31,500 bases of DNA from Selaginella moellendorffii (lineage: Eukaryota > Plantae > Lycopodiophyta): the NCBI RefSeq assembly GCF_000143415.4, contig NW_003314303.1, forward strand, positions 277,005-308,504, given 5' to 3'. The position numbers and the translations under genes were made by a program. Under the pieces are notes generated by a model. The model saw nothing but the letters and a program-made list of their open reading frames with translations, did not search any database and had not been told where the DNA came from. Positions 12,037 through 24,120 of this stretch are shown piece by piece (position 1 is the stretch's first letter; every line of letters begins with the position of its first letter).

Positions 12037-13580
12037 CTAGCGATGGGAGGCACAGACAATGCGGGGCGACGCGACCCCGGCGATGCCCGCGCCCGCGAGC
12101 TCCGCCATCTCGATCGGCTTCCCAAGCGGCGATCGCCAGCTCCAGCGATGCAAGAGGTAGGCGAGGGTGAGCGTGACATGGGGCATGGCCAGCGGGATCC
12201 CGACGCAGCGGCGCCGCCCGGACGAGAAGGGCAGGAGATCGAAGTCGTTTCCCAGCACGCTGTGGTCGCTGCCCAGGAATCGCTCGGGGAGAAAGAGCTC
12301 GGGGTCGCTCCAGACGCTTGGGTCGTGATGGATTGCCCAGATGTTCACGAGGACCGTGGTGTGGGCGGGGATCGTGTAGCCGGCGAGAGTTACCTCGCGA
12401 TCGTTGTAGTGGGGGACGCCCAGCGGCGCGATTGGACGCTTCCGGAAGACTTCCTTGACGATGGCTTGGATGTAAGGCAGGTCGTTTAGATGCGACTCCT
12501 CCAAGGGACGGTCTCTTCCCACGACTCTGTCCAGCTCCTCGTGAGCTTTCTCCTGGACTCTGGGGTTTACTATCAGCTCGGAGATGGCCCATTCGATCGT
12601 CCCCTTGGACGTTCCAGTGCCGGCCAGCAGCAGATCCTGCAAGCATACGTGAGAAAGAATGAAGAACAAGGTAAGTTTTTTCTTTCTACCTGGAGCAGTG
12701 CGATGATCTGGTCGTTGCTCAGCTTGTCTTCTCCTCCCAGAGTCAGCATCACGTCGACGAAGTCCCGGGGATTTTCCGGATCGAAGTCTTTCGCGTGCTC
12801 CTCGATGACTGCTTCCAGAAAGCGAGATCTTGCTGGTAGGACTTCATTCTTGAGTCGGTTTTGCGTCCCTCTGAGCGTGTCCAGCCATCGCATCGCAGGG
12901 ATGTAATCACCGGCAAACAGCCTCCTGGATTCTTTCGCTTGGATCGCCCACGACGCCTTGTAGGCTTCGGCCTCGGGAGTGAGGGGCGTGTCGGTGCCGT
13001 AGAATTTCCTCCCGAACAACACGCACGTCATGAGGTTGGTGAAGTACTCGTGCAGCATGGAGCTGAGATCAAACTCGTGCCCGTCTTTTGCAGACGCCTC
13101 AACGATCGCTCCAAACGCTCCCAGCTCCCTCTTGCGAGTGCTGGCAAAGTGGCTCACCTTGGAAGCCGTGAAGAGCTCTGTGCCGCACACTCGCCGCAGC
13201 ATCTTCCATCGCTCGCCGTGCGGTGCAAAGATAAGGTCCTGGAAGTTGTGGCTAACGAGCCGACTGATGGTGGAGAACAGGGGCCTGCTCGCAAACTCGA
13301 CGTCGTGCTCCTTGAGGACTTGCCTCGCCATCTCCGGGCTGCTGATGATGATGTGAGGCCGGACTCCCAGCCGGAAAGACATAACAGGGCCATACTTTCG
13401 AGCCATCTTGGCCAGGGAGCGATGCCGATAGTCGAGCGAGAAGAGAGAGCCAACGAGGGGCCATGAGAAAGGACCTGGTGGGAAGTTCTTCTTGCTCCTC
13501 GCGCTGGTGGAGTGGAAAATCTGGAAGAGGAGCAGCAGGGCGGCCAGTGACGAGCAAATCCAAGTCAGCAACGCATCCAT
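12037..13580 (-). CDS. Cytochrome P450, CYP71 clan (A-type), 496 aa; exons 13580-12690 and 12636-12037
   Basis: N-terminal anchor MDALLTW...LLLLF, PPGP hinge, WKMLR, I-helix LAGTGTS, EVFR (ExxR), PERF, heme motif FSSGRRRCVG. Single 53-nt phase-0 GT-AG intron (12637-12689) before the I-helix. Spliced frame is open. Confidence 0.95.
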
Positions 13581-14259
13581 GATGTTGCCCGGGTAGAAAA
13601 AAGAGATTGGTGGAGCTTTAAGTACGTCGAAGTGATGGATCGAAAGCTCCAGAGGGAGTGTTCGTCGAAGCATCCATGCTCGAATGAGACATCTGGTGGA
13701 GACGAAACTCCCAAGTTGTGCAAACAGTGCAACGAAAGGTACGACGAAACTTCGGTTTTCGTGGACGAGACGAATTGTTTTTCTATGATTAATATAGATA
13801 TTCTGAGAATAATGTATTTTACCTAAGGTCTGGGTTTATGTGCTTTATGTGTTAGAGATGCTCCCGAACGTTTTGTCTCCCGAGGAGATAGATGTGATCC
13901 ACACCAGGATTTCATGGATGACGTAGAGCACATTAAAGGCACTAGAGAGCTAGAGACTGTTTAAAGTAGTAGACACATTGACATGGCGCTTGAGTCTCTC
14001 CTTTTTCTTCTTCTTACTTTGGGATTTTAGTAATCTCGGCTGGATGAAGGTGCAACCTCTGCACAATCGCCATGAACCAGATAGCAGCCCCCACGGAAGA
14101 GGAAGTCCACGTACGTGTGGGCGAGCTCCAGCTCCCATATCTTGCCTGAATCAGACAGCACGACATAGTTTTCATCCTCGGCTGAGTGAGAAGGTTTCGG
14201 CTTAAGCAAGGCGGCCAAGCATGCAGCCGAAGCAGTTGGTCCTCCAATTGAGCTCTTCA

Positions 14260-14560
14260 AGAATTCAGGACGCTCTGGCTGCCAGTGGATCCAAGGTCAG
14301 GATCCCCAAGATCCTGTGGTCAGGCTGGGCTTTACAGCTGTTTAACTGGGAGCCAAGCTGCTGGGGACGGTGCAGGAGCTGCACAAGCAAGGGATAATCC
14401 ACGGACATCAGCGCCAGGAACGTTGCTTACCGCGAGCAAGGCATTGGTTTGAAGAGGTTCTCTGGATTGCCACATTTGCATCGGAGGACAACGGTAGCGG
14501 GGGAACCAGCCCTGTCAAGGATCTGGAATTCGGCTCCATGAACTTGGTGTTCTGCAATGC
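14260..14560 (+). pseudogene. Protein kinase relic (FunK1/CK1-like, Crinkler-related kinase-like); boundaries approximate
   Basis: Frame-hopping translation: RIPKILWSG...KLLGTVQELHKQGIIH-(frameshift at ~14403)-DISARNVAY...RFSG-ATFASED...SPVKDLE, matching kinase subdomains VIa/VIb, VIII and IX. No DFG visible. Confidence 0.6.
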
Positions 14561-17500
14561 AATTCATGCTTCAGCGGAAAGGTGGCTGGGATGGATTTGC
14601 CATGGTCAGCTGCTGTGCAGGAGGAGGACAAGGACTCGGTGGTCTTACTGTATGGCATGCAATTTGCGAAATCTGACTGTGATGCCACCAGTTGCCAGCA
14701 CTCAATTTCCGATTGGATGTCAAATATATGAGCTTTTTATATACATAGATGACTCCCGTAATAGAAACCATGTCATGCATGGTGCCACATGCATTCATGG
14801 CATCCACCATATCATCATATGTTCCACACCTGAAGATAGGGTTGGGTCTGGCATCTTTGGATGTGAGGGGTTTTCGTAGTTACACTACATAGTGAGTTAA
14901 TTTATGTCCTATCTCTGGTCATGTGTCCTGTTTGTAGTTTGGCTGAGTCCAAAAACTAGAGTATAGAGGCAGGGTGTTGACAAGCAAAGGAGATTCTGAG
15001 TAAACTCAAATAACTACATTATATATCTCTAACCATGTGAAACACTAGGTGAGGAGGCAAACAGCATTTTGTCCTCCTTCAGCTTTGCTTGTTCTAGTGT
15101 GGAAGTGGTGGAGGACAATGTTTTGCCTGTAAGCAGAAACTTCATACTTATATCTGTAATTTCTTAATTTCTTAGGCATTCAAGACTTTCTTGTGAACAA
15201 AAGGATTCACTAGTCCAGATACATTTGCCATCTAGTTACATCTCAAGATTCTTAAACAAAAACTACAAGGTACCTAGTAAACTACTTCCAAATTACAAGG
15301 CCAACTTTGTGCAAATTTATGTGCATTGTCATTCCGAATTGAAGGGGTGTATACAACAGAGTACCAACAAAGGAGATATTGAGTCAGGTTTGGAGTAATG
15401 TAGCTATAAATCATGCTGGCACAAACTGGGGTATCATCAACTCCTGGTTTAGTTATTGAATAGTAGGATATAGATTTAACTGACAGCAAGTTTATGAAAC
15501 ATTGGCAATGCATGATCTAACAAGATTACAATAGAGGCATCTGTCTAGAATTCGAAGATGAATTTACACTTATGTGCTATGCCTTATGGACTGCATATAT
15601 TTCATTGTATTTGTGAAGACTTAAACATTCATTGTGGCAACATATTGCAAGCTTGTATCATATGGATTCTACATTTATGCTTTGATATGTGGGGGAACTT
15701 ATATAGTCACTTGCAAGCTATCAACCATAAAACAGACATATATGATTTTTAACACATATGCACTGTTGTACACAGATTTAGTTAGCCTAAATGCATTAGG
15801 AGTGACAATGCTCTTGAACATAATGTGGTAGAGAATGATATGGAATGTTTTTGGGGTCCTCAAAGCAAAAGTTTTATTTGTGGGACATCAACAACTCAGT
15901 CTACCTTTAATATTTTATTGTGCATATTCATCACCACTTACCTTGCAGCACATCAAGCACTTCTAGCTTGAATTGTAAAAGCTCATGGTGTAGAGTCTAT
16001 GGAGGATATTGGCATATTGGATGTTTCCAATACATGACATAAGTATAGTCTGCAATATGTTTTTATGCCATATCTTGCCAAAGACATATCTCATTAGGTC
16101 GTTATGTGGAAGTTACAAGAGGTGCATCCATATCAATGTGGTGGGTTCTTAGGCCATCTCACATACCAGAAAATTTATTCTAGCCCCTAGAGTGTGAGCT
16201 TGGGTAAGCCTTTCCTTTGATGATAATATGCATAAACTTTCACACCACTTGTAAAATCATTTGACCATTATCTTCAAGGGACATAGTGCCAGGTTTGATG
16301 CTTATAAGTGCTGAAGGTGCAACACTCTCTTAGGTATTACTTCCCTTTTTTCTATCATATAAAGTATGCTGATGTCTCAGGAACTTGTTATTATGAGGAA
16401 TCAGGCTTTTCTATTAACATAGGTCTTCCTTTTGCAACACCAGTCAAAGTAGTGGGCAAAAACAATTTTTTTGGTTTTGGTTTCTCTTGTTTTAGAGTGT
16501 TTGCTTTGATGTGGGAAAACCATAAATAAGGGTGGTTTGCTATGCCCTAACAACATCAAATCATGTGATTAATTATTAAACCAAAAGCATTTCATCTTTC
16601 TCTAGGGTTTGAACTATGTGTGTTTTTTTAAGGAACTAGAGCTTCAATATTACACTTCAGTCACACACTCCATGGTAAACCTTTTTCATTTCCTTTCATC
16701 TTTATGGCAAGCCTCACCTCCATTTTTATTTTCCCATAGGCAAGAAGTAAAGACTCAACATAATACATGAAGGTGGAGGTATTTGACCTTAGAATAGTGC
16801 TAGAAACCATGCTCTAGCTGATACTAGCAAACCTCACAATCTTCCTTTTACCTCCAATTTGCAAACCACACATGTGGGCCTAGTTTCAATAATTCTGTCT
16901 GTGCATAAGTATGTAGGGGTGCAACTTGTCAATACACCAACTCGAGTAGTTAATAACCCTCCACCAAATATTTTCTTCTAATCAAGCAATGAGTAGCTTT
17001 CCACTAGGATTTGGACATCTATTCTAAGGCTTGGGTGCTCTACCGGCCCAAAGACAATCAATTAGTAGTGCCACTGATAGCACCCCAATGCAATTGCTTT
17101 AGATGCAATGAACACCACCACTTGTAGGTATGGGTAGCACCCAATGCAATCACTACAGTTGGAACAAACACCAACACTAACAAACAATATACTGCATAGA
17201 GGCATAGGGTCATCAACTCTGTTATATAGCAATAGCTCCTCTATAATCTAGAGCTTGAGTTTGCCACTTAATCCACATTGAGGGGAGTCTAGAGTCATCA
17301 CACCACCCTTACTACATTCTAGATGCCTGGTTTTGCCTCCTTCCAATTTGGCTTAAGGAGAGGGCCAATTTTCTATATCTCTATAGATTCAATCCATATT
17401 CTTCTTTAAAGAGAGCAACTACTAGAGCCTCTCCTCTCAGTGTGGAAGGCCTAAATGCTAGTCCAAGATGTTGGGAGCTATTAGTGGTGAGGGCCCCTTG

Positions 17501-18548
17501 AGTGCAACTTTGTCCTATGAGAATGAAGAAACACATTGTTATTCCTATAGCCTAAACTTTGCATCTCTATGGGAAATAAAGGGAGCCAATAATGAAGATC
17601 CTAGAACTTAAAGATGTCCCCTTATGACTTCCAGAATGCATGCCATAGAGGGAATTTATATCAGAGTTTACTTTTAGTTAGACACCATCCAATATGCTAT
17701 CTAAGAGCATCATAAAAGGCATATATCAACATTCCAACTATGCAAGTATCTAGTATTGGAGCATTTATTTAGTGATTAAGACAATCCAATAGGTTGACCC
17801 CCCACCTAGACACAACAAAATATAGGCTTGCCTTATATACAACTTGATCATCAATTTGCAATAAATCAAACCACTATCAATTCACTATGATTTTCCTTTA
17901 CAACATTATGCTTCATATAACCCAACAGCATTAAATTGCTTACCAACAGTAAATGTGTTCTCTAATGTAGAAGGAAAAGTGGCTAAAAGATGGGTGTTAT
18001 ACATCCGATTCCTACAGTGATTGACGACAGCAGCACTATCAGAACGGAGATTTTGCAAAGGCTGAAACTTACGAAAATAAATTCAACTTTATTAGTAGTA
18101 TTGGATTATGACCATATAGGAGTTTATATAATGCAACACTAATAAAACTCTCTTCCTTATGACATACGTATACTAAAAATATGGCAAATAACTATCCTAC
18201 AACTGTTTGTGGTTATTTTCACCCACTACAATATATGTTTTTTGAAAGGGTTTGTAATGCATGTAATCATGGGATGAGATTTGGATATACTATCACTATA
18301 AATTTTTAGAACTTTAGGGGATAAATAGGGATAAAATAGCTATTAAAGGCTCTTTTATCAAGCAATTACCCCTTTTTTCAGTTAGTTTAAGGGGAGAAAA
18401 ATAGAGTGCACTATAAGAGTTATGAGCCAATGTTAATCATCAAGCCCCCACCACTAACTTCTATAGAGCAAATACTTAATGGACACAATTAAAACATCAG
18501 TATTGAAGAGCCTCTTACTACTAATGACAATGTTAATGAGGAAAAAAA

Positions 18549-18908
18549 TGTGAGCCACAAAATCCCTAGGCCCCAAAGTGGTGCCGGAAGGGTGCCACGT
18601 GGTAGTGGCCAAAGCGAAAGCCAAACGAGCGTAACACGTTTGGACTAAAAGCTCCGACTGGAAAGGTCGAGAGCGGGAGTGGAACTCCCAACAAAGGGCT
18701 CGAGGAATGAGCACGAAGCGAGCCATAAGCAAGGCTCTAAAAAAGGGACCCGAGATGGAGTCCGAGATGGACCGAGACGGAGTCCGAGGTGGAATCCAAA
18801 ATGGATCCAAGATGGAGTCCAAGATGGAGTCCGAGATGGACCAAGACGGAGTCCGAGATGGAGTCTGAGATGGACCTGAGATGGAGTCCGAGATGGAACC
18901 GAGACCGG

Positions 18909-18957
<49 letters not shown>

Positions 18958-20025
18958 TCCGAGTCCGAATCTGGGACCGAGTCCGAGTCCGAGTATGAGT
19001 CTGAATACTAATACAGGTAGTTGGGTGAAAGCCCAAAGTGATCGTCCCCCCGGGGGGGGGCTGCAGGGGGTTCCAAAAGTATAGTAGGGAGAGTGTGGGG
19101 GTTGGAGCCCAGTGGAGCCAGTTTGGCCAGGAAAGGCCAGTTTGGCCCAGGAAGGCCAGACCCAGTGTTGGGTGATGAGCTGACCACTGGGAAGTCCAAG
19201 ACTAAAGTGAACACGGACTAACAAGCGGGGTAGCTTGGTGAAGTGTTCAAGAGCCGACTTTAGTTCCCCCGGGAGATCGACTAGCCGATGCTCCTAGTCC
19301 AAGTGTGGGTGGCACTACCTACTCGGATACCAGGCGTGGCTCAATGGAACCTCGCTCTAAGCCCATGGCTAGAGCACCCAGGGGCGGAAGGCGGGGAGAG
19401 TACCCAAGTGGCTCGCGTAAGGCCACGGTGTTCCGAAATGTTGTCCCAAAGGCCCAGACTGTGGAAAGGAAGAGGAGCAGTCCTTTGGGGCAGTGACCAA
19501 GGACACAGTTGTGTGGTGAAGAAGTCCCAGAGGACCGTGGGACTTAGTGGTCAGGCCTGTGGGCCTCAATCCAGTGGCAATGTTGGCAAACACGACCAGG
19601 GGCAGAAAGGGACTTAGTGGAGACTGGCAGAGGGATATTGGGGAAGGCTATTCCCCTTGTCGGTAGGCATCCTAAGGATGCTAAGGAGTGGATCTGAGAT
19701 GACCACTCACGGATGGATTGCCTAGTCTTGGAGAGCCAAGACTGTGATGCAAGTGGTATTGGACTACCAGTGTGGCAAAGGTGATTAGGCATGGCCTTAG
19801 CATAATAGGTTGCCATGTTGGTGGTACCTTTGAGTGTCGATCATGGGATCGGACACGTGGAGCACTTGGACTAAGTGCAAATGTTGAGTGGCATAGATGC
19901 CATTCTCGGGGCTAACAAGTCCCAAATCCTGAATTGGACTTATGGAGGTGGTGAATGAGACTTCTCCAAGTGGGTGGAGGTGTAGTTAAGTGACTAAAGT
20001 AGAATGGAAAATTTAGTCTCTTACA
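18549..20025. mobile_element. Solo LTR (1477 bp), same family and orientation as 2603-4444
   Basis: TGTGAG...CTTACA termini and colinear homology. Flanked by a 20-bp direct duplication (18529-18548 / 20026-20045, one mismatch). Confidence 0.9.
18752..19002. repeat. Shorter version of the compound GAGATGGAGTCC / GAGACC / GAGTCC satellite
   Basis: Same unit order as 2839-3446, about 250 bp long. Confidence 0.93.
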
Positions 20026-20406
20026 AATGTTAATAAGGAAAAAAATGATGGGCCATACAATGAGTAAGATGAAGCAAAACCTTTTTATCTTAAGAATTCC
20101 CACATCCAAAAAGCTAGTTTTAGTAAATTTCTCTTTCCTTCCTTATGCAAGTCCTCACTAAAGGCCCCATCTACTCTTGTAGCACAACCCATGGTAGTCT
20201 TAAATAGTGATAATGGTTTTGGGCCAGAAAATCTCATATAGCCACCACCACCTTTTTGTGATGAAGGCTACTAGACACTAGTCCTTCATCTTCACCAATG
20301 TAAATACTTGAGATATGGGAATAATAAATTAATTAGGGTTTAGACCTTTGCTTAAATACAAGAATGGATCCCACTACTGGAAATGCTAACTCTATAACAA
20401 CTCAAG

Positions 20407-21546
20407 TGTAAGTGGTTTAGTGTCGTAAATGTGACTTCGGGTATCGAAAGTTACCTGTCGGCCAGTCCTTACGGACACTCTTTCTTTACTGCCACGATGG
20501 CAGGAGGTTGGTATTGTTGGGCCCATTATCAATCTCTGCCTAAGCTAGTTAAGAAACTGGTCTTTGCGTGTGCACTTGGCCAGAAGAGCATAAGGAAGGA
20601 ATTCCTAAGTGTCTATTTAGTCAAACATACTTGACCTGGTTAGAGAAACTCATTCGTTGACTTACACTTGCTAGTGTTAGGAACCCCTGCGATATTGAGA
20701 TTGGTCCCTCAATAATTCGTTAAATGATAGCTTATTATGTCTGCCAAACACCTTCGCTATCATACCCTTTGTGTTAATCTCATTTCGGTCCCAAATACTA
20801 TTTATGGAAAGTGTCTAGATTTGCTCATTTGGCATATCTACGGAATGTAGAGATCGACCTGAACACAATGGTGTTCATCCCATGTCCAAATTCACAATCT
20901 AGCGCCATTCTATATTTAATAAGTTTCAAACTTGTTCCAGAGACTAACTCCTGATACTAAGGGAGGCTTGGGGTGAAAGCCCAAAGTGTGTGTTCCTGAA
21001 AGGGGGGGGGGGGGGGGGCACTGTGGGGGGTTCCAAATGTATAATAGGGATAGTGGGTAGGTCGGGCATGGCTGACCAACCTGAGGCATAGTTTAGCTCT
21101 CGCTTGCGTTCTTGTCCTCGTTCTGCGTCCAGCTTGGGTCTAAGCCCAAGCTCCACACCATGCTAGCTGGTGGAATACCCATATCTTCACGTTAGGCCAC
21201 CGGTATGCCAAAATAGCGCTAGACTCCGTTTGGCTCCATTTGCATGCTGGTCCTGGCATTGGGATGCTGGTTGCTCTAGGACTGTTCCAAATCGCTCCAA
21301 GCTCTTGTCCCTTTGCTCCTTGAGCTGTATACTCGGGAGTTGCTCTGTGGTTCGGTTCTGTTGCTCCTTGGCTCCATACTTGGGAGTTTGGCACCATTCC
21401 TTCGTTTAGTGGCCCAAGGCCCTGAACCTCGGGTTCCACACCACTGTCCTTGGACACATGGCATAAAGAAGGTTTAGGCTCCGCTTCGTGGTGTTATCCT
21501 ATGGTAAATCACCATAGAATAAAGGGTAAAAACCACGTGTGCTACA
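20407..21546. mobile_element. Possible solo LTR of a related, diverged family (boundaries tentative)
   Basis: TGTA...TACA ends around a higher-GC island. Shares GGGTGAAAGCCCAAAG (20971-20986) and TCCAAAxGTATAxTAGGG (21032-21049) with the two solo LTRs. The putative TSD is poor (TCAAG/TTTAG). Confidence 0.45.
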
Positions 21547-22345
21547 TTTAGTTATAGAGCATGTACTTAATGTATATTATTGTTGATTTGTGCACTTTTG
21601 AGTTGAAGCAAAGTGTATGGATAGATGCTGCCATGGATTATAATAACACATTGAAGGGGGATGGTCCAAACTTGAGTTGAGCTCAACTTAACACAAGTTA
21701 TAATAAAGACTAAGAGTGTAATATAGAAATTATGGTAATGAAATAAAATTAACATTTTTACATTCCTTTATGCTACAACTTTTACTCACAGATTTTTTGT
21801 TTTTGTTGCTCTCCATCTTCTCAAGAACCCTAGAAAAATCTTTTGAATGAAGAAATAGTATGTAATTATATAACAACTATAAAAATAGTCAAAATATGAA
21901 GTAGTCAAATCAAAAAATGACAACTGTAACATTAGTCATAGTAAAATAATATAGCTTTACAAAATATAGGTTCTCGTGAACTTTATCTTTCTTAAAAAAC
22001 TCAATTTAGTAGAAACTTTTAACTTAAGGATTTATATTTTCAATATTTTAAAGTTCGTTAAAACCTTCTTTTCTTCAATTTAGATTTCTTTTGTAAGACT
22101 TTTAGTTGATTGTGTTGACTTAAGTTATGGAAACCACTACATTGATAAAAATACATTTATTACATTTGAAATAACAGTTTAGAATAAAGAAATGAAGAAA
22201 TGAAAAACATAAAGGAAAACACCAAAAATTCTATTCCATGAAACTTCTCATGACATTTATAATTTATATATTAATTCATATCAAAGATTCTCTATCATTG
22301 GAGCTCAAGATATCAAATAAGCCAATTGTTCCATCACAAAGAACC

Positions 22346-22819
22346 ATGGAGTATGTCTTTGATCCCAGGACAAACTCCCTTGTTCCTGCTCCTCCACCAG
22401 CTGGCGTTCCAATGCCACTTCCAGGGCTCCTCAGCCACCAGCTCTGCCTCCTCCAGCTGTCCAAGCGTTGTGCGTGGCAGCACACAACGCTTGGACGAGG
22501 TGAGCAAGCACGAGGTGATCCAGCAGTGAGCTATGATGCAGCGGCGGTGATGGCCGGGTGCGATGCAGCAAGAGATTGGGACAGGCGTGATGCGGCAAAT
22601 TGGGATGAAACGGCCAGCTTTCCGCGAGGCAACAGTGCCACGGTGATGGGCGGGCAGTATGCTTTGACGACAGCGGCATGGGATGGACCACGGGACGATC
22701 CAGCAACTGAAAGCATCGAGCGTCATTTCCCCAGCCCAGAGCTGGAGCTTTCGCTGTGTCCTCCAGGGACAGTAGCTCACAACCTGGGCGACGGTGGCAA
22801 AGACCTGTGGGGATCGTAA
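22346..22819 (+). CDS. Putative 157-aa low-complexity protein with an EAR-like LxLxL motif (LELSL); may be a fragment
   Basis: GC-rich ORF next to AT-rich DNA, Pro-rich N-terminus, PELELSLCPP near the end. The stop codon lies inside duplicated block B'. Confidence 0.3.
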   Translation: MEYVFDPRTNSLVPAPPPAGVPMPLPGLLSHQLCLLQLSKRCAWQHTTLGRGEQARGDPAVSYDAAAVMAGCDAARDWDRRDAANWDETASFPRGNSATVMGGQYALTTAAWDGPRDDPATESIERHFPSPELELSLCPPGTVAHNLGDGGKDLWGS

Positions 22820-24024
22820 GAGAAATGGCGGACAAGCTCTTGTTGTTTATACGGTGAGGTCTCCTTCGAAGTGTGTGCAACGTGTAGATGCTCCCCTACT
22901 AACTTTCTCCTCTCGGCTGGTTGGCTTGGAACCTTAAAATCTACAAAGCAAAAACCCTATTTTATGCATACAATCCAGGGCAAAGATTCCGGTGGTGGGG
23001 TGGATGCCATGTGTTGGCGATCGCGTGGCGGAATGGTTCTGCAGCGGCATAGGCTCCAGACTGCTGATGGTTGTGAGGGCAACGTTCTCTCACTTTGGAC
23101 TGGAGCTGGATCATCCCCTGGGTGCGTGGTTCTTCGAAGTCCTGCCCGACTCCACTGTCTTTTCCACTGTCTCGGAGCTCAAGTGGAAGATCTGGACTGT
23201 GGCCGTCGCACGCGTCCTTGGCGCTACCGTGCCAGATGGCTACTTGCACCTCTTCATTGCGGCCGACTACTTCACGCGCCACACCGCTGCACAGGCCGCT
23301 GCACGTACGCCCTGACCGAACTCCACCTTGTGAGTGCTTGTTTGGATCGTGTAGCAAAGTTACGGTTTTTCCTTTTTTGCAGGTCACGGATCGGACGCCA
23401 ACGTCTTTCCCATTTGTCATCACAGATGAATATGTGTCAGGTAGCTATGTGTATCTTCTTCTTTGGATTCCTCTCAAACTGAGAGCTTGGTTCCTTTTCC
23501 ACAGCCATTGTGTCGATATTGTTTCCTTGCACTCTCTCGCCCACTTGCATTGCTGATGCCGCTCTCCTGTTTGATGCGAGCGGCAAGGTTTGTGTCGTCG
23601 TCTTCACCTGGCTGTTGCTCCAGCTCCAGAGCAACAAGCAGCCGCTGGAATGGCTAGACGCATTCGAAGCACAAGCTATAGCAGGTGACCGTGGTGGCGG
23701 TGGCGGAGCTGGACCCCTGGAAAATCTCTTGCTGCTGTTCTTGAGCAAGCAAGCAGTGCTGAAGGATGAAAAGTTGTCCCCGCATCCTTGGACAAGCTCA
23801 AACGGATACGTTCCTGCATCAAAAACACGCCCAGCATAGAGTGGATCTCACCGTCGCTCTGCGCCAGATGTTGGAGGTATGATGATTGACACCATACTTG
23901 CATTCGAACGGGTACGATTAATAAAACACACCGTTTAAAACACGCGTATAATACAGCATATAAAACGGCATTTAAACACCAAGAATATTTTAAAAAAATC
24001 CTAAAGAATATGCTTTCTTTTACT

Positions 24025-24100
24025 TAGGATTAGGGTTCCTGTATTGCAGGATCCAGAAGCGATAGGATTAGGGTTCCTGTATCGCAGGATCCAGAAGCGA
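24025..24100 (+). repeat. 38-bp tandem duplication in the hAT 5' region
   Basis: taggattagggttcctgtat(t/c)gcaggatccagaagcga occurs twice. Confidence 0.9.
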
Positions 24101-24120
24101 AGCGCTGAGGTAAGTCTGGG

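Noticed and set aside
12029-13563. Overlapping alternative-frame and antisense ORFs over the P450
   Set aside because: Shadow ORFs of GC-rich coding sequence.
14027-14260. 77-aa minus-strand ORF (…ENYVVLSDSGKIWELEL…)
   Set aside because: Short, with no recognisable motif and no supporting gene structure.
8031-14560. Biosynthetic gene cluster around the P450
   Set aside because: No recognisable scaffold enzyme (e.g. no terpene synthase DDxxD) and the neighbours are disrupted.
18454-19816. ORFs in the second solo LTR similar to those in the first
   Set aside because: The similarity reflects DNA homology of non-coding LTRs; stops and frames differ between copies.
2603-20025. The two homologous LTRs as ends of one 17-kb retrotransposon
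   Set aside because: Each has its own flanking duplication, the first lies inside a gag that continues on both sides, and there is no PBS/PPT or matching internal region.
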